Part shown: one piece after another, positions 1 through 9,477 of the stretch
Numbering within the stretch: the stretch's first letter is position 1
Layout of the letters: each line of letters starts with the position of its first letter
Origin: a virus
Strand: one strand, 5' to 3'
Virus record (IMG/VR): IMGVR_UViG_3300010883_000015
Coordinates: 1 to 64,000 of that record
Length of the DNA stretch: 64,000 nt
Made by a program: the position numbers and the translations under genes
Notes under the pieces: generated by a model
The model's database searches: none
What the model was told of the DNA's origin: nothing
The model's input: the letters and a program-made list of their open reading frames with translations, nothing else

Positions 1-150
1 TCTGCATTATACCTTGAATTGATTTTTTCATAAAATTTACAAGTGGTTGTGGTGTCAAGTGATTTAAGTTGGGGTATTATGTAGATTGATATATTATTTT
101 AAAACTTTAATAGGATAATAGTAATATGTTATCAACAGTTTGAGGTATGA

Positions 151-432
151 ATGAATTGTCCAAGATGCGGTAAGAAGTTTAGGGTAGCAAATACAGCTAG
201 CAGTGGTGATACAACGCGTGTTCATTTACGCAATATAGTTATAGATTCGTTGGAGTGGTATTCTGATGATTTTGTAGTACGCCAGCGTGTATGTCACAGT
301 TGTTTGTATACGACTATAACGGTAGAGATAGAGCATAAAGATTTGATAGCCATGTTTGATATAATTAGTAAAGAGGGCTTACCAGATAAGATGCAGAAGC
401 ATAAGCCACAAGCCAAGGTTAAGAAGAGATGA
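151..432 (+). CDS. NrdR-N-like zinc-ribbon protein
   Basis: MNCPRCG...RQRVCHSCLYTTITVE resembles the NrdR N-terminal zinc ribbon (CxxC...RRRxCxxC..FTTxE); no ATP-cone. Confidence 0.55.
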   Translation: MNCPRCGKKFRVANTASSGDTTRVHLRNIVIDSLEWYSDDFVVRQRVCHSCLYTTITVEIEHKDLIAMFDIISKEGLPDKMQKHKPQAKVKKR

Positions 433-803
433 ATGCAATCTTAAGCAAGAGTTTAAGGTTAAGGTATTTAAATTTATTGGGTTGTAATATATCTATTACT
501 TGTGGTGATGGATGGTATGATTTAATTGATATATTGTGTTGCGGGATTGAGCATTATCAAGATAGTGCGGGTGTTTCTTTAGTTTCGATTAAAGAGATTA
601 AGGAATGTCATGGTGGATTAGTTTATGTTTCTGCGACAGAGGATCCATTTATTTTAGGTATGATTAATCATTGTCAATTAATGTCGTACCGTGTTTGTGA
701 GCGTTGTGGTTGGCGAGCTATTCCATCTGCATTGGATTTAGGAATGAAGACGTATTGTGAGAATTGTATAGGCACGCGGAGGACAAGTGAAAAAGAGCAC
801 TAA
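429..803 (+). CDS. hypothetical phage protein with C-terminal zinc finger
   Basis: CGDGWYDLI, then CERCG...CENC; ATGA overlap with the upstream gene. Confidence 0.55.
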   Translation: MNAILSKSLRLRYLNLLGCNISITCGDGWYDLIDILCCGIEHYQDSAGVSLVSIKEIKECHGGLVYVSATEDPFILGMINHCQLMSYRVCERCGWRAIPSALDLGMKTYCENCIGTRRTSEKEH

Positions 804-855
804 GTTGGTCTTTATTTTATATATTGTCTCTATTTTTATTATTTCTGATTTTGTT

Positions 856-2520
856 TTAAAAAGAAGAAAACGTAGCGGTGTAGGTACTTAGATCAAAAGC
901 AATTCTATCGTATACGTCAGCGAATCTAAAGTGATCAGCAGCACTACCTTCCATCCATATTATTCTTGATTTTTCTTCTGATAGAACTCTAACGGGTGCT
1001 TTCATTTGATCGACAAATCCGAGTACATTCATAACATCTTTTGGGTATTCTTTCTTTCCAAACCTTATCTCATCGAAGGTATAGTCCATTATCTGTGTTC
1101 GATCTGTTGTAACTATTCTGTTCTTGTAGTCTAATTTACGACCATATTTTTCTTTTCCAATTCTTGGTGTTGGATAGAAACGTGCAAGCCATACGTTGAT
1201 ACCTATTTGACTTCCCCAGTCTCTTAATTCTTGTGCTTTTCTCATTTCTGGCATGGAGTCGATTACAACTGTATCTACATGAAATGCTTCTATTAGGCTT
1301 TGTATTTCATCAAATGCTCTACAAGTAATAACGAGAAGTACTTTTCTTTTAGGGATTTCATCTCCTTCATTTTCTAAGTATTGTGTAGATATTTGTACAT
1401 GTAATAGTGCGCCTACATCGATACCCATGGATATGGTAACTTCTTCATACTCGTCTCCACCGCCATAATCTAGTTCGTAACTTTTCATACATTCGTGGAT
1501 CATGCTATTTGTTATTCTGGCTCCTGCGTATTCAAACGGCATTCCAAGTACAGAAGTATAGAAGGTAGAGATCCTAGAAGTGTTTCCTTGTGCAAGAACC
1601 CATTCGACGTATAGTTCGCTTAAATCCTGAGAGAGTATGTCTAATCTGGACATGGTATATCCCGCACGATCTCTTTCTATATACTTAGGAACCCATTCAC
1701 CGAAGTCTTGCCTATCAAATGTTTTCTCACATTTTACACAAACAGGCCTAATTGGCTCTTTAAAATAACTAATATTGCTGAAATTTATATCTTTTATAGA
1801 TGTATCTCTGGGTATGTAATTTCCATTGTCATCTTTTCTTACTATATTTCTGAAGAAGTCTAATGATTGCCAAGTTGAACATCTTGGGCACTTCTGAAAC
1901 CAATACCTTTCATCTGATTCATGAAACAATTTAGAGATCCCAAGGTTAGGAAGAGTGGGGTTTCCTAGTCGAAACATCTTTGGGTCACTAGATGCTCTAA
2001 TTCTATCCTTGGCTTTCGTTAAATTCTCTATATCGCATTGGTCAATTTCATCGACAATTAGAGTATCTGCTGAAAATTCAACAAAATCTCCTGTGGTATT
2101 TGACCCTAAAAACAATAAAGAACCGCTACCAAATCTTTTCATTCTGTTGTTACCTAGATCGTTTCTCCTCGGTAATAAATCTCTGTATGATGGTGTACCC
2201 GTCAAGACTTTGTTGATACGCTGATTTACAAAACGATCACGAACTGAGAATGTTGGAAGGACATAAGCAACAATCCTTCCCTGCCAGCCAGCATGGTACA
2301 AAGATAGGCAGATAAACAATTCTGAAAGTCCTGTTTGTACTGCTTTTCTTATGTCGCATTGCTTTAATTTGGGTATATCTCTGTACATTTGCGGAAGATA
2401 GGGCATGTCTAGGAAAGTCATAGGTTTCCCTCTTGTATTCCTGTGATGCACCAACGCTTGCCCAATAACGGGGAACTCCGACGAAACCTGAGACATTAGA
2501 GACTGATAATTATTCAACAT
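856..2520 (-). CDS. terL: terminase large subunit, lambda gpA-like
   Basis: gpA-type Walker A variant RKAVQTGLSE, Walker B LIVDEID, GNPT coupling motif, CPRC/CVKC zinc ribbon, nuclease MGIDVG and C-terminal DHFRFA. Confidence 0.9.
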   Translation of the reverse strand: MLNNYQSLMSQVSSEFPVIGQALVHHRNTRGKPMTFLDMPYLPQMYRDIPKLKQCDIRKAVQTGLSELFICLSLYHAGWQGRIVAYVLPTFSVRDRFVNQRINKVLTGTPSYRDLLPRRNDLGNNRMKRFGSGSLLFLGSNTTGDFVEFSADTLIVDEIDQCDIENLTKAKDRIRASSDPKMFRLGNPTLPNLGISKLFHESDERYWFQKCPRCSTWQSLDFFRNIVRKDDNGNYIPRDTSIKDINFSNISYFKEPIRPVCVKCEKTFDRQDFGEWVPKYIERDRAGYTMSRLDILSQDLSELYVEWVLAQGNTSRISTFYTSVLGMPFEYAGARITNSMIHECMKSYELDYGGGDEYEEVTISMGIDVGALLHVQISTQYLENEGDEIPKRKVLLVITCRAFDEIQSLIEAFHVDTVVIDSMPEMRKAQELRDWGSQIGINVWLARFYPTPRIGKEKYGRKLDYKNRIVTTDRTQIMDYTFDEIRFGKKEYPKDVMNVLGFVDQMKAPVRVLSEEKSRIIWMEGSAADHFRFADVYDRIAFDLSTYTATFSSF

Positions 2521-2599
2521 GCATACAACCTTTGCACTCCTGAAAAATATTATATTATGTAATTGCCACCTTTACTATTTTATCTCAAAGGAGAAAATA

Positions 2600-4162
2600 A
2601 TGTCCAAAAGCAAGTTTGCTTCAATATTAAATAATTTCACAGAAAAACAATTAAAACATTTAAGAACCAAGGTATTACCTAGCTCTAGATATAACCGATA
2701 TTTTGACTCAACAATGTTTTATAGCACTATATTTGTAAGCAAAGCAGAGCTAAAAGGATTTTGCCAATGGTATAGACTGCAAAACAACCTTAGCTATACC
2801 TTGATAGATAAAAAGAAATCTGAGAAATCTGAAAAAGTAAACAATTTTTCAATAGATGAAGTCTCGTTTGACAATTCAGAAGAATATGACAACCCAGAAG
2901 AGTATAAATCAACAGAATCTCAATTGTCTCATTCTAAATTCTACTATTTCAACAAACAGAAAGATGAATATATTGTCCATTTGCCCAGTAAAAAAAGGCC
3001 GTTCATATTAACGGGTGAATATTGGCGATCTCTAATTGACGCTTATTCAAACTGGGACAATCAAGCAAGTACAATAAATGAAATGTGTAGAAAGTTTGGA
3101 TTGGCTCGTAATACATTAGTTGAATTACTGCGTGTTATGGGCGTTACTCATGACTCTTCCCCTTGGAGTGAAGAGCACTTAGAGAATACAAACGAAGAAA
3201 AGTTAATAATCGATTTACTTAGAAAAAAAGAAGAACGCGTTTTAATGAGATCTCAAGCAAAGGAGTACACAAAGATCCAAAGAGATGCAATTCGTTATAG
3301 AAACTATAAGGAATATGCAAGACAAATCAGGCTTATGATGGAAGGTCTGGAGCCTAAACTAAGAATTGTAGAAGAACACGAGACAGATTCTAATTTTGTA
3401 GTAATTGTTTCTCCAACTGATTTCCATTGGGGTAAGCATGCGACCTCTTACACCAATGATGCTTATAATAGAGACATAGCAAAAAAGAGACTTATGTATA
3501 GTACGGCTGATGTTTTAAGTAGAATTAAACATAGAGGAAAGCCTTCTAGGATTATCTTGGCTATCGGTGGAGACGGTCTACACATAGACAATCAGTTCAA
3601 AGGAACAACTAGAGGAACACCACAAGATTGCGATGGTAGCGCCACTGAACTGGCTTCTTCTTATGTGCGCCTGTGTATCGAGTATGTAGAGATGGTTAAA
3701 GAATTTGCAAAAGTACAAGTTTTTGTAATACCAGGTAATCATGACTTCTATACCGCTACATTACTAAGAGAAGCAATTATGGCATGGTTTAGAAACGATG
3801 TGAATGTTTCCATTAATGATGAACTTAGTCCTAGACAAACAATATTATATGGAAATTCATTAATTTCCTTCATTCACGGAGATACAGGCTCGGTAAAGGA
3901 TTACCCGCATATTATTGCTAGTGAAAAAGCTAAATTATGGGGAAAGTCTGCCTATAGGTTTATATTCACTGGACACTTCCATAGTGAACGAGAACTTCCT
4001 CAGTTTGGAGACACCACGGTATACAGAATGCCAAGTCTAGCTGGAACCGATGAATGGCATTATCTGAAAGGATACAAGTCACGGAAGGCTTTGATAGGAT
4101 ATATAATTGATGAAGATAAAGGTGTAATTGGTACGGAGATATGCCCTATCCTTCCTTCTTAA
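2600..4162 (+). CDS. calcineurin-like metallophosphoesterase with long N-terminal extension
   Basis: DFHWG, GGDGLH, GNHD, HGD and GHFHSE motifs; start moved to ATG 2600, which follows an AGGAG RBS. Confidence 0.8.
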   Translation: MSKSKFASILNNFTEKQLKHLRTKVLPSSRYNRYFDSTMFYSTIFVSKAELKGFCQWYRLQNNLSYTLIDKKKSEKSEKVNNFSIDEVSFDNSEEYDNPEEYKSTESQLSHSKFYYFNKQKDEYIVHLPSKKRPFILTGEYWRSLIDAYSNWDNQASTINEMCRKFGLARNTLVELLRVMGVTHDSSPWSEEHLENTNEEKLIIDLLRKKEERVLMRSQAKEYTKIQRDAIRYRNYKEYARQIRLMMEGLEPKLRIVEEHETDSNFVVIVSPTDFHWGKHATSYTNDAYNRDIAKKRLMYSTADVLSRIKHRGKPSRIILAIGGDGLHIDNQFKGTTRGTPQDCDGSATELASSYVRLCIEYVEMVKEFAKVQVFVIPGNHDFYTATLLREAIMAWFRNDVNVSINDELSPRQTILYGNSLISFIHGDTGSVKDYPHIIASEKAKLWGKSAYRFIFTGHFHSERELPQFGDTTVYRMPSLAGTDEWHYLKGYKSRKALIGYIIDEDKGVIGTEICPILPS

Positions 4163-4177
4163 AATACTAGGAACTAA

Positions 4178-4612
4178 ATGCAAGAGATAACAGACGTAAC
4201 AAAAAGATTTAAAATTCTTTTAGATAAAGGAATCTCAACACCTAATATTATTGAACTCAATAAACAGTCTGATATATTATATGAATGGTTTATTAATTGT
4301 TTGCTATTGCCTGATACATGTTCTCCTCATATTTATACAGATACGGTATTGCCTAGTTCATTAATAAAAAAGAGAATGCAAACTCTTAATTATTACCATA
4401 ATGCGCCCATAACAGAAGGTGGATTTTATATCTGTAAAACACCTATGTATTTTTGGGAATTTGACTCTGAGGGGATTACATTTAGTCCCATAACAAGAGA
4501 AATAGATTTAACTTTTGAGCAATGGTGCTCTAAAAACTTATTTGACTTGCGAATACAAGGTAGTATAGGAATCTTGATTAAAATTCTTCAAAAAATGGGC
4601 GATTCTAAATGA
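4178..4612 (+). CDS. hypothetical protein
   Basis: 144-aa ORF with AGGA RBS; ATGA overlap with the next gene. Confidence 0.6.
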   Translation: MQEITDVTKRFKILLDKGISTPNIIELNKQSDILYEWFINCLLLPDTCSPHIYTDTVLPSSLIKKRMQTLNYYHNAPITEGGFYICKTPMYFWEFDSEGITFSPITREIDLTFEQWCSKNLFDLRIQGSIGILIKILQKMGDSK

Positions 4613-5139
4613 AGAAATATGGAATAATATATGCCGACCCACCTTGGGACTACAAGGGCCAAACACAACATGCTGGCAAAGGTAAGAGTGATACGGGTGG
4701 AGCTATCGAGCATTACTCGACCATGAAACTACCTCAATTAAAAGCATTAAAGCCTATGATTGATGACCTAGTGGCTACGGATTGTCTTATGTTTATGTGG
4801 GCAACCTCTCCACACTTAGATCAAGCAATTGACCTAATGAAGCACTGGGGGTTCAAGTGGTCAACGGTTGGGTTCGTTTGGGATAAGGGTAGGGTAAATC
4901 CGTCGTTTTATACAATGAGCCAGATCGAACTGTGCTTGATCGGCAAACGCGGGAAAATACCACAGCCCAGAGGAGCTAGGAATGTTCGACAATATCTTCT
5001 TTCTCCAAGAGAAAAGCATAGTAAGAAACCCGATGAGGCAAGAAAGAGAATTGAATTAATGTTCCCAACACAAAACAAGATCGAATTATTTGCACGGGAA
5101 AGAGTAGATGGTTGGGATGCTTGGGGTAATGAGGTATGA
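4609..5139 (+). CDS. MT-A70-family adenine methyltransferase
   Basis: IIYADPPW, FMWAT, WGFKWST..FVWDK, HSKKP, KIELFAR, GWDAWGNE. Confidence 0.9.
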   Translation: MKKYGIIYADPPWDYKGQTQHAGKGKSDTGGAIEHYSTMKLPQLKALKPMIDDLVATDCLMFMWATSPHLDQAIDLMKHWGFKWSTVGFVWDKGRVNPSFYTMSQIELCLIGKRGKIPQPRGARNVRQYLLSPREKHSKKPDEARKRIELMFPTQNKIELFARERVDGWDAWGNEV

Positions 5140-5221
5140 AATTTCCAGATAAAAAGTACAATGTTAGGTATACATTCCATAAGACAATAGAGGATCATGA
5201 AGATCAATTGAGGTTATTTTA

Positions 5222-5449
5222 ATGGCACAAAAAACTAAATGTCTAACTCCTGAATGTATATTTAGCACGAGGATCAGCCCCAAAGAAATATCGGTAATAG
5301 TAACGCTACCAGAAGAAATAAATATATCCAAGGAAGAAGCGATTCTATTGGAGAAACTATTACACAATCAAGTAGAGATTTGTCTAAGACCTTACTTCAT
5401 CAGAAATAATTATTCGATTCATTCCCCCAGCACTGTGAATCAAGTATAA
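5222..5449 (+). CDS. hypothetical protein
   Basis: 75-aa ORF with GAGG RBS. Confidence 0.5.
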   Translation: MAQKTKCLTPECIFSTRISPKEISVIVTLPEEINISKEEAILLEKLLHNQVEICLRPYFIRNNYSIHSPSTVNQV

Positions 5450-5474
5450 TCAACATACAGCATATTGATTATAT

Positions 5475-5507
5475 AAAAAAAATGCTTAGCCCGAAGACTA
5501 AGCATTT
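5475..5507 (-). terminator. intrinsic terminator with cUUCGg tetraloop, possibly bidirectional
   Basis: minus strand AAATGCTTAGT-CTTCGG-GCTAAGCATTTTTTTT between convergent genes. Confidence 0.85.
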
Positions 5508-5540
5508 AATTATTATATTCTGTATTGTTTGCTATAATTA

Positions 5541-5702
5541 TTATAGATTAATCACATCAGTTTTTGATATGTTGCTTCTAAGGATAAGGCGCTCAAGTCG
5601 CATTTGAGAGACTTGTAGCTCAGAAATTGCGGTATCTTCTTTAGCGGTATCTTTATTCTTTGAACATGCATTACAGGCCATAAATAGTGTCAATATAATC
5701 AT
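5541..5702 (-). CDS. 53-aa putative lipoprotein (not in the ORF track)
   Basis: MIILTLFMACNACSKNKDTAKEDTA...; TAAGGAG RBS upstream; terminator downstream. Confidence 0.65.
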   Translation of the reverse strand: MIILTLFMACNACSKNKDTAKEDTAISELQVSQMRLERLILRSNISKTDVINL

Positions 5703-5754
5703 AGTATCTCCTTACTAGAATAAGCAATCTACTTAATACTAAAGCTTATGTCTA

Positions 5755-6450
5755 TCAACAATTTGATATTTGTAACATTGCTTTATTGAAATACTCTATG
5801 TCTGCCTCACAACCAATGAAAGACCTATTTGTTTTTTTGCAAGCATTGTATGTTGAGAAACTTCCTGCGAAAGTGTCTAGGACAATATCACCAACATTTG
5901 AATGTTTTTCGATCAATTCCACAAGAAGTTTTATTGGCTTCTGTGTTGGATGAAACCTGCCTTTGTCTTGGCATATTGGATAGCTATATACCCCTCGATC
6001 ATATTGGCTATTGAATGTAGGCTTTGCTTTTTTAACTGCTGTTATTGCAATTTCTCTTGAATTCGTAAGATAATTTATCTTACTATTCAGAGGTACAGGA
6101 TTTGTTTTTATCCATTCTATAAATCGCAACTGTTTAAACTTTGAAGATTTTAAGAAGTCAGCGATAACTGTTATTTTCCATAGATCATAGAATATAATCG
6201 CAGTGCCATTTGGTTTTAAAACTCTGAAATATTCAGATATAACTTTATCAAAATACTCCAATGTAAATGAGTTGTCCCATTCTCCAAACTCCATAGATAC
6301 TTTGAATCTTTCAACACCAGATACGCAACTTTTAAAGCCTGTTTTTCTGCTTATCCCATAAGGAGGGTCAGTTAAAACTAAATCAATTGAATTAGATTTA
6401 ATTTGTGCTAAGAATTCTAAGGCCGATGTATTTTGCATGGTTTTTTTCAT
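5755..6450 (-). CDS. DNA methyltransferase (N4-C/N6-A, beta class)
   Basis: TDPPY, HPTQKP, VLDTFAGS; likely start at MKKTMQ (6450). Confidence 0.9.
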   Translation of the reverse strand: MKKTMQNTSALEFLAQIKSNSIDLVLTDPPYGISRKTGFKSCVSGVERFKVSMEFGEWDNSFTLEYFDKVISEYFRVLKPNGTAIIFYDLWKITVIADFLKSSKFKQLRFIEWIKTNPVPLNSKINYLTNSREIAITAVKKAKPTFNSQYDRGVYSYPICQDKGRFHPTQKPIKLLVELIEKHSNVGDIVLDTFAGSFSTYNACKKTNRSFIGCEADIEYFNKAMLQISNC

Positions 6451-6452
6451 AG

Positions 6453-6532
6453 TATAATACTCCAATATGTAAAATAAACTCAATTTCCTTTACATATAAT
6501 CTCCAATATGTAAAAGAAACGCGATTCCTTTT
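6453..6532. repeat. imperfect ~40-bp tandem duplication
   Basis: TATAAT(A)CTCCAATATGTAAAA..AAAC....TTCCTTT occurs at 6453 and 6495. Confidence 0.7.
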
Positions 6533-6563
6533 ATGCTTATATTAACATGCAAAAGGAGTCGCG
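6512..6563 (-). terminator. intrinsic terminator after portal
   Basis: minus strand CGCGACTCCTTTT...AAAAGGAATCGCG followed by TTTCTTTT. Confidence 0.65.
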
Positions 6564-6611
6564 CTTACTTTATGTGCAGAATACTAAATAATAATCATAT
6601 TACGAATATAA

Positions 6612-8117
6612 TTAGTCTAAATCTGCCTGCTCGCTATCTATTTGTGAGAATCCGTCGTTCATTTCTGGTGCAAAGTCTACAACAGGCTTTATATCAATTT
6701 CATCTAATTCTTCTTTGTTTAAATCAGGATTATTCAAAGCATTTTGTGCTAAATTTTCATTATCAAAATTAGAGACAACTGACATTAAAGGCTGTGGCAT
6801 ACCCGCAACTTCTATCGTTGGAACATCACCACCAACGAGTGGCTGTAAACCAAGATACTCTCTAACTTCATTTCGAGTTAAAACACCTTGTTTTATATAA
6901 GTTGCATAAGTTCCAGATAGCTCTCTTTGTTCAACGGGTGATAGCCTTGATTCTCGATCAAATTTGAATTGAATATATTTGACTAATTCTGGGTTCTTTA
7001 TAAGAGCAGGAATAATCTGAGCATTTATTTTACCTTGAAGCAATTCAAGAATAGGTGTAACTAAATGACTTGTACTAACATCCATCTGCACGGAGGCGGT
7101 AGCTTTTGGCATACCATCTGTCATCCCCATTTCAACGGGCATAATTCCGAATACCCGATAAACGACCTTCCGAATATCATGGATAATCTCTGCCATTGAT
7201 AAATCTTTTGGTGTTCGCCTTAATTCTAGCCATTTAGCGCCCATTCCTTGCGGGTCTGGCGTTGTCATTACTCTGACCTTATGATCTTGTCCCTTTAACA
7301 TTTGCATGTCTGCTTTCGCCTGTTCTGCTGCTTTACCCGCAATACCAGCAAGAACCAATATACCCGGTGGGACCTCGTCTGCATCCAACGCAAGCATGGC
7401 ATGCTCTGCTCCTCGTAATAAAGATATTACTTGATTAACAAGACATTCTATTATTGGATTACCTTCATTATCAGCAGTGTTTTTAAACAAACTTAAATAC
7501 AATATTTGCTTTCTTTTAAACTCAGGATGAATATCTTGACCAACAGAAGGAACAGAAAAGCTATCCCCTTCTTCAAACATATTTTGAACATAGTTCTTAA
7601 GTCGACCAAATGAATCCATAACAGGGCTTATTGTAGACCCTCGTAGTGGAACCAATTCTTGAAGAGTACCTTTTCTGTCATATGCCAATTCTAAGACACC
7701 AGCATCAAAGACCAAGCAGTCAGTAAGCATAGCAGTCATTATTTCTTGCCAAGTATCCCCGTTCCTATTTGGCTTCTGTAAAAACCTAGTCACCTCAGAG
7801 CATACAGTTGCCAATTCTTCATAATTTTCATTCTGTGGAGATACAGTAGGGACTACCATCCAATCAAATGTCGCGACTCTTCTAACTATGCTATCAACAC
7901 AAGCGCGAACATCTGGGGTTCTACGGTAAACAGTCCATAAATCACTATTAGAAAGAATACGATCTTGATACCTATCCAATCCTACCGAATATCCCGAATC
8001 GGTACTTCCATTATTATAATGAAGACCAATCCTTTTTCTTATTTCCATAGATTTTCCCCAAGAACCATAATTTGGAGTTTTATTAATTACTAAATAATTA
8101 CTGTTCATTAACTTCAT
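6612..8117 (-). CDS. portal protein (HK97-like)
   Basis: 501 aa; VRACVDSI, KPNRNGDTW, VFGIMPVEMG, GVLTRNEVREYLGLQPLVGGD portal signature. Confidence 0.9.
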   Translation of the reverse strand: MKLMNSNYLVINKTPNYGSWGKSMEIRKRIGLHYNNGSTDSGYSVGLDRYQDRILSNSDLWTVYRRTPDVRACVDSIVRRVATFDWMVVPTVSPQNENYEELATVCSEVTRFLQKPNRNGDTWQEIMTAMLTDCLVFDAGVLELAYDRKGTLQELVPLRGSTISPVMDSFGRLKNYVQNMFEEGDSFSVPSVGQDIHPEFKRKQILYLSLFKNTADNEGNPIIECLVNQVISLLRGAEHAMLALDADEVPPGILVLAGIAGKAAEQAKADMQMLKGQDHKVRVMTTPDPQGMGAKWLELRRTPKDLSMAEIIHDIRKVVYRVFGIMPVEMGMTDGMPKATASVQMDVSTSHLVTPILELLQGKINAQIIPALIKNPELVKYIQFKFDRESRLSPVEQRELSGTYATYIKQGVLTRNEVREYLGLQPLVGGDVPTIEVAGMPQPLMSVVSNFDNENLAQNALNNPDLNKEELDEIDIKPVVDFAPEMNDGFSQIDSEQADLD

Positions 8118-9358
8118 TTCTTTTTCCTTTTCTTGATTCCAGACTTTCTTTTCTTAAATCCAGATTTCTTTTTCTCTAATTTCAAGTTCCTAATATTTTC
8201 TAATCTACTCTCTATTATATCAATATAATGTTTATTTTGTTCAATTCCGTCACATTCAACCCCAACTTGTTCTGCTGCAACCAAAGTGCTCCCTGATCCA
8301 CAAAATGGATCTAATATTTTTGTTGCTTTATTGGGCTGACTAACCATCATTATTAAATACCTCATTAATTGAAGAGGCTTCACGGTTGGGTGGTCATTGA
8401 ATTTCCCTTTTTCTTTAGAAGTTGGCTTTGCAACATAGAAAAATCTACTAGCGCCCCCAAAGCCTGCGTGTCCTGATGTTTTTACTGTGCGCTTTGCACT
8501 TCCAAATAATGCACTCTTTCCGCTTTCCCTTGTATGTCCAGAACTTTTGCTCAGACCGCTTTGCTTATCTAGTTGCTTTGCTGCTACTGGATCGAACACT
8601 ACATTGCTAGGCCACCTTCCCTTGTGCTGGGTTGTATGGGAAAACGTTGGGTTATTACCTGTTGCCTTGTAGCTTTGACTAAATGAATCTCCTTTGTTGT
8701 GATTGACTGAAATTGTATCATTACCAATTCTTGTAGCCTCAATATTTAATCCAGCAATTCCATGGGTTAGGGCATTGTTGTGGTAGGTTTTATCAACAGG
8801 CTTCATTGCTATAATGATTGGCTCATGAGAAGGGCGCAACCCTGTTCCGTATCCATAAAAATCTTTTGCTTGCTGGGTTACAGGTGTGTCGCTATCTTTC
8901 TCATGATAACCACGCTCTTGAGCTTTTCTGATAAAAGGTCTTGATCCTTGCTCATCACCTTTTCCACCACCTACTGCTTTCTGATTCCTAACCATATTTG
9001 CGGGAATCGTTATCTTGCTTCTTTCTGCACCTAAATGCTCATCAATTTTTGCAGATATATTATGTGATTTTGGCATACCGCTTCCGTAAACCCACATCAT
9101 CATGTCTCGGATCTCCCATCCTGCATCTTCAATAGCAACACATAGTCGGTGGAATGTACGAGATCCTCCAAACGCAAAAATAAAACCACCAGGTTTTACT
9201 ATTCTTAATGCTTCTTTCCAGTATCTAGAATCTGGAATTGTTTTGTCCCAATCTTTACCAAGAAATTCTAAGGCATAAGGTGGATCTGTAATTATAGAAG
9301 TATAAGTTTCAGAAGGTATTTCTTTCATTATTTCTAAACAATTTCCATTATAGATCAT
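8114..9358 (-). CDS. DNA methyltransferase (N4-C/N6-A, beta class, large insert)
   Basis: ITDPPY, WVYGSGMPKS, GRWPSN, HPTVKPL, ILDPFCGSGST. Confidence 0.9.
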   Translation of the reverse strand: MIYNGNCLEIMKEIPSETYTSIITDPPYALEFLGKDWDKTIPDSRYWKEALRIVKPGGFIFAFGGSRTFHRLCVAIEDAGWEIRDMMMWVYGSGMPKSHNISAKIDEHLGAERSKITIPANMVRNQKAVGGGKGDEQGSRPFIRKAQERGYHEKDSDTPVTQQAKDFYGYGTGLRPSHEPIIIAMKPVDKTYHNNALTHGIAGLNIEATRIGNDTISVNHNKGDSFSQSYKATGNNPTFSHTTQHKGRWPSNVVFDPVAAKQLDKQSGLSKSSGHTRESGKSALFGSAKRTVKTSGHAGFGGASRFFYVAKPTSKEKGKFNDHPTVKPLQLMRYLIMMVSQPNKATKILDPFCGSGSTLVAAEQVGVECDGIEQNKHYIDIIESRLENIRNLKLEKKKSGFKKRKSGIKKRKKK

Positions 9359-9477
9359 GGTTTCCTTTAATAAATTATCAATATATTGATAAGAAGAAGT
9401 GTTACGTTACTTATTAAATAAATAATAATATATATTATTGTATAATAGTCGTTTTAAAAAAAAGAGATAAAATTGTC

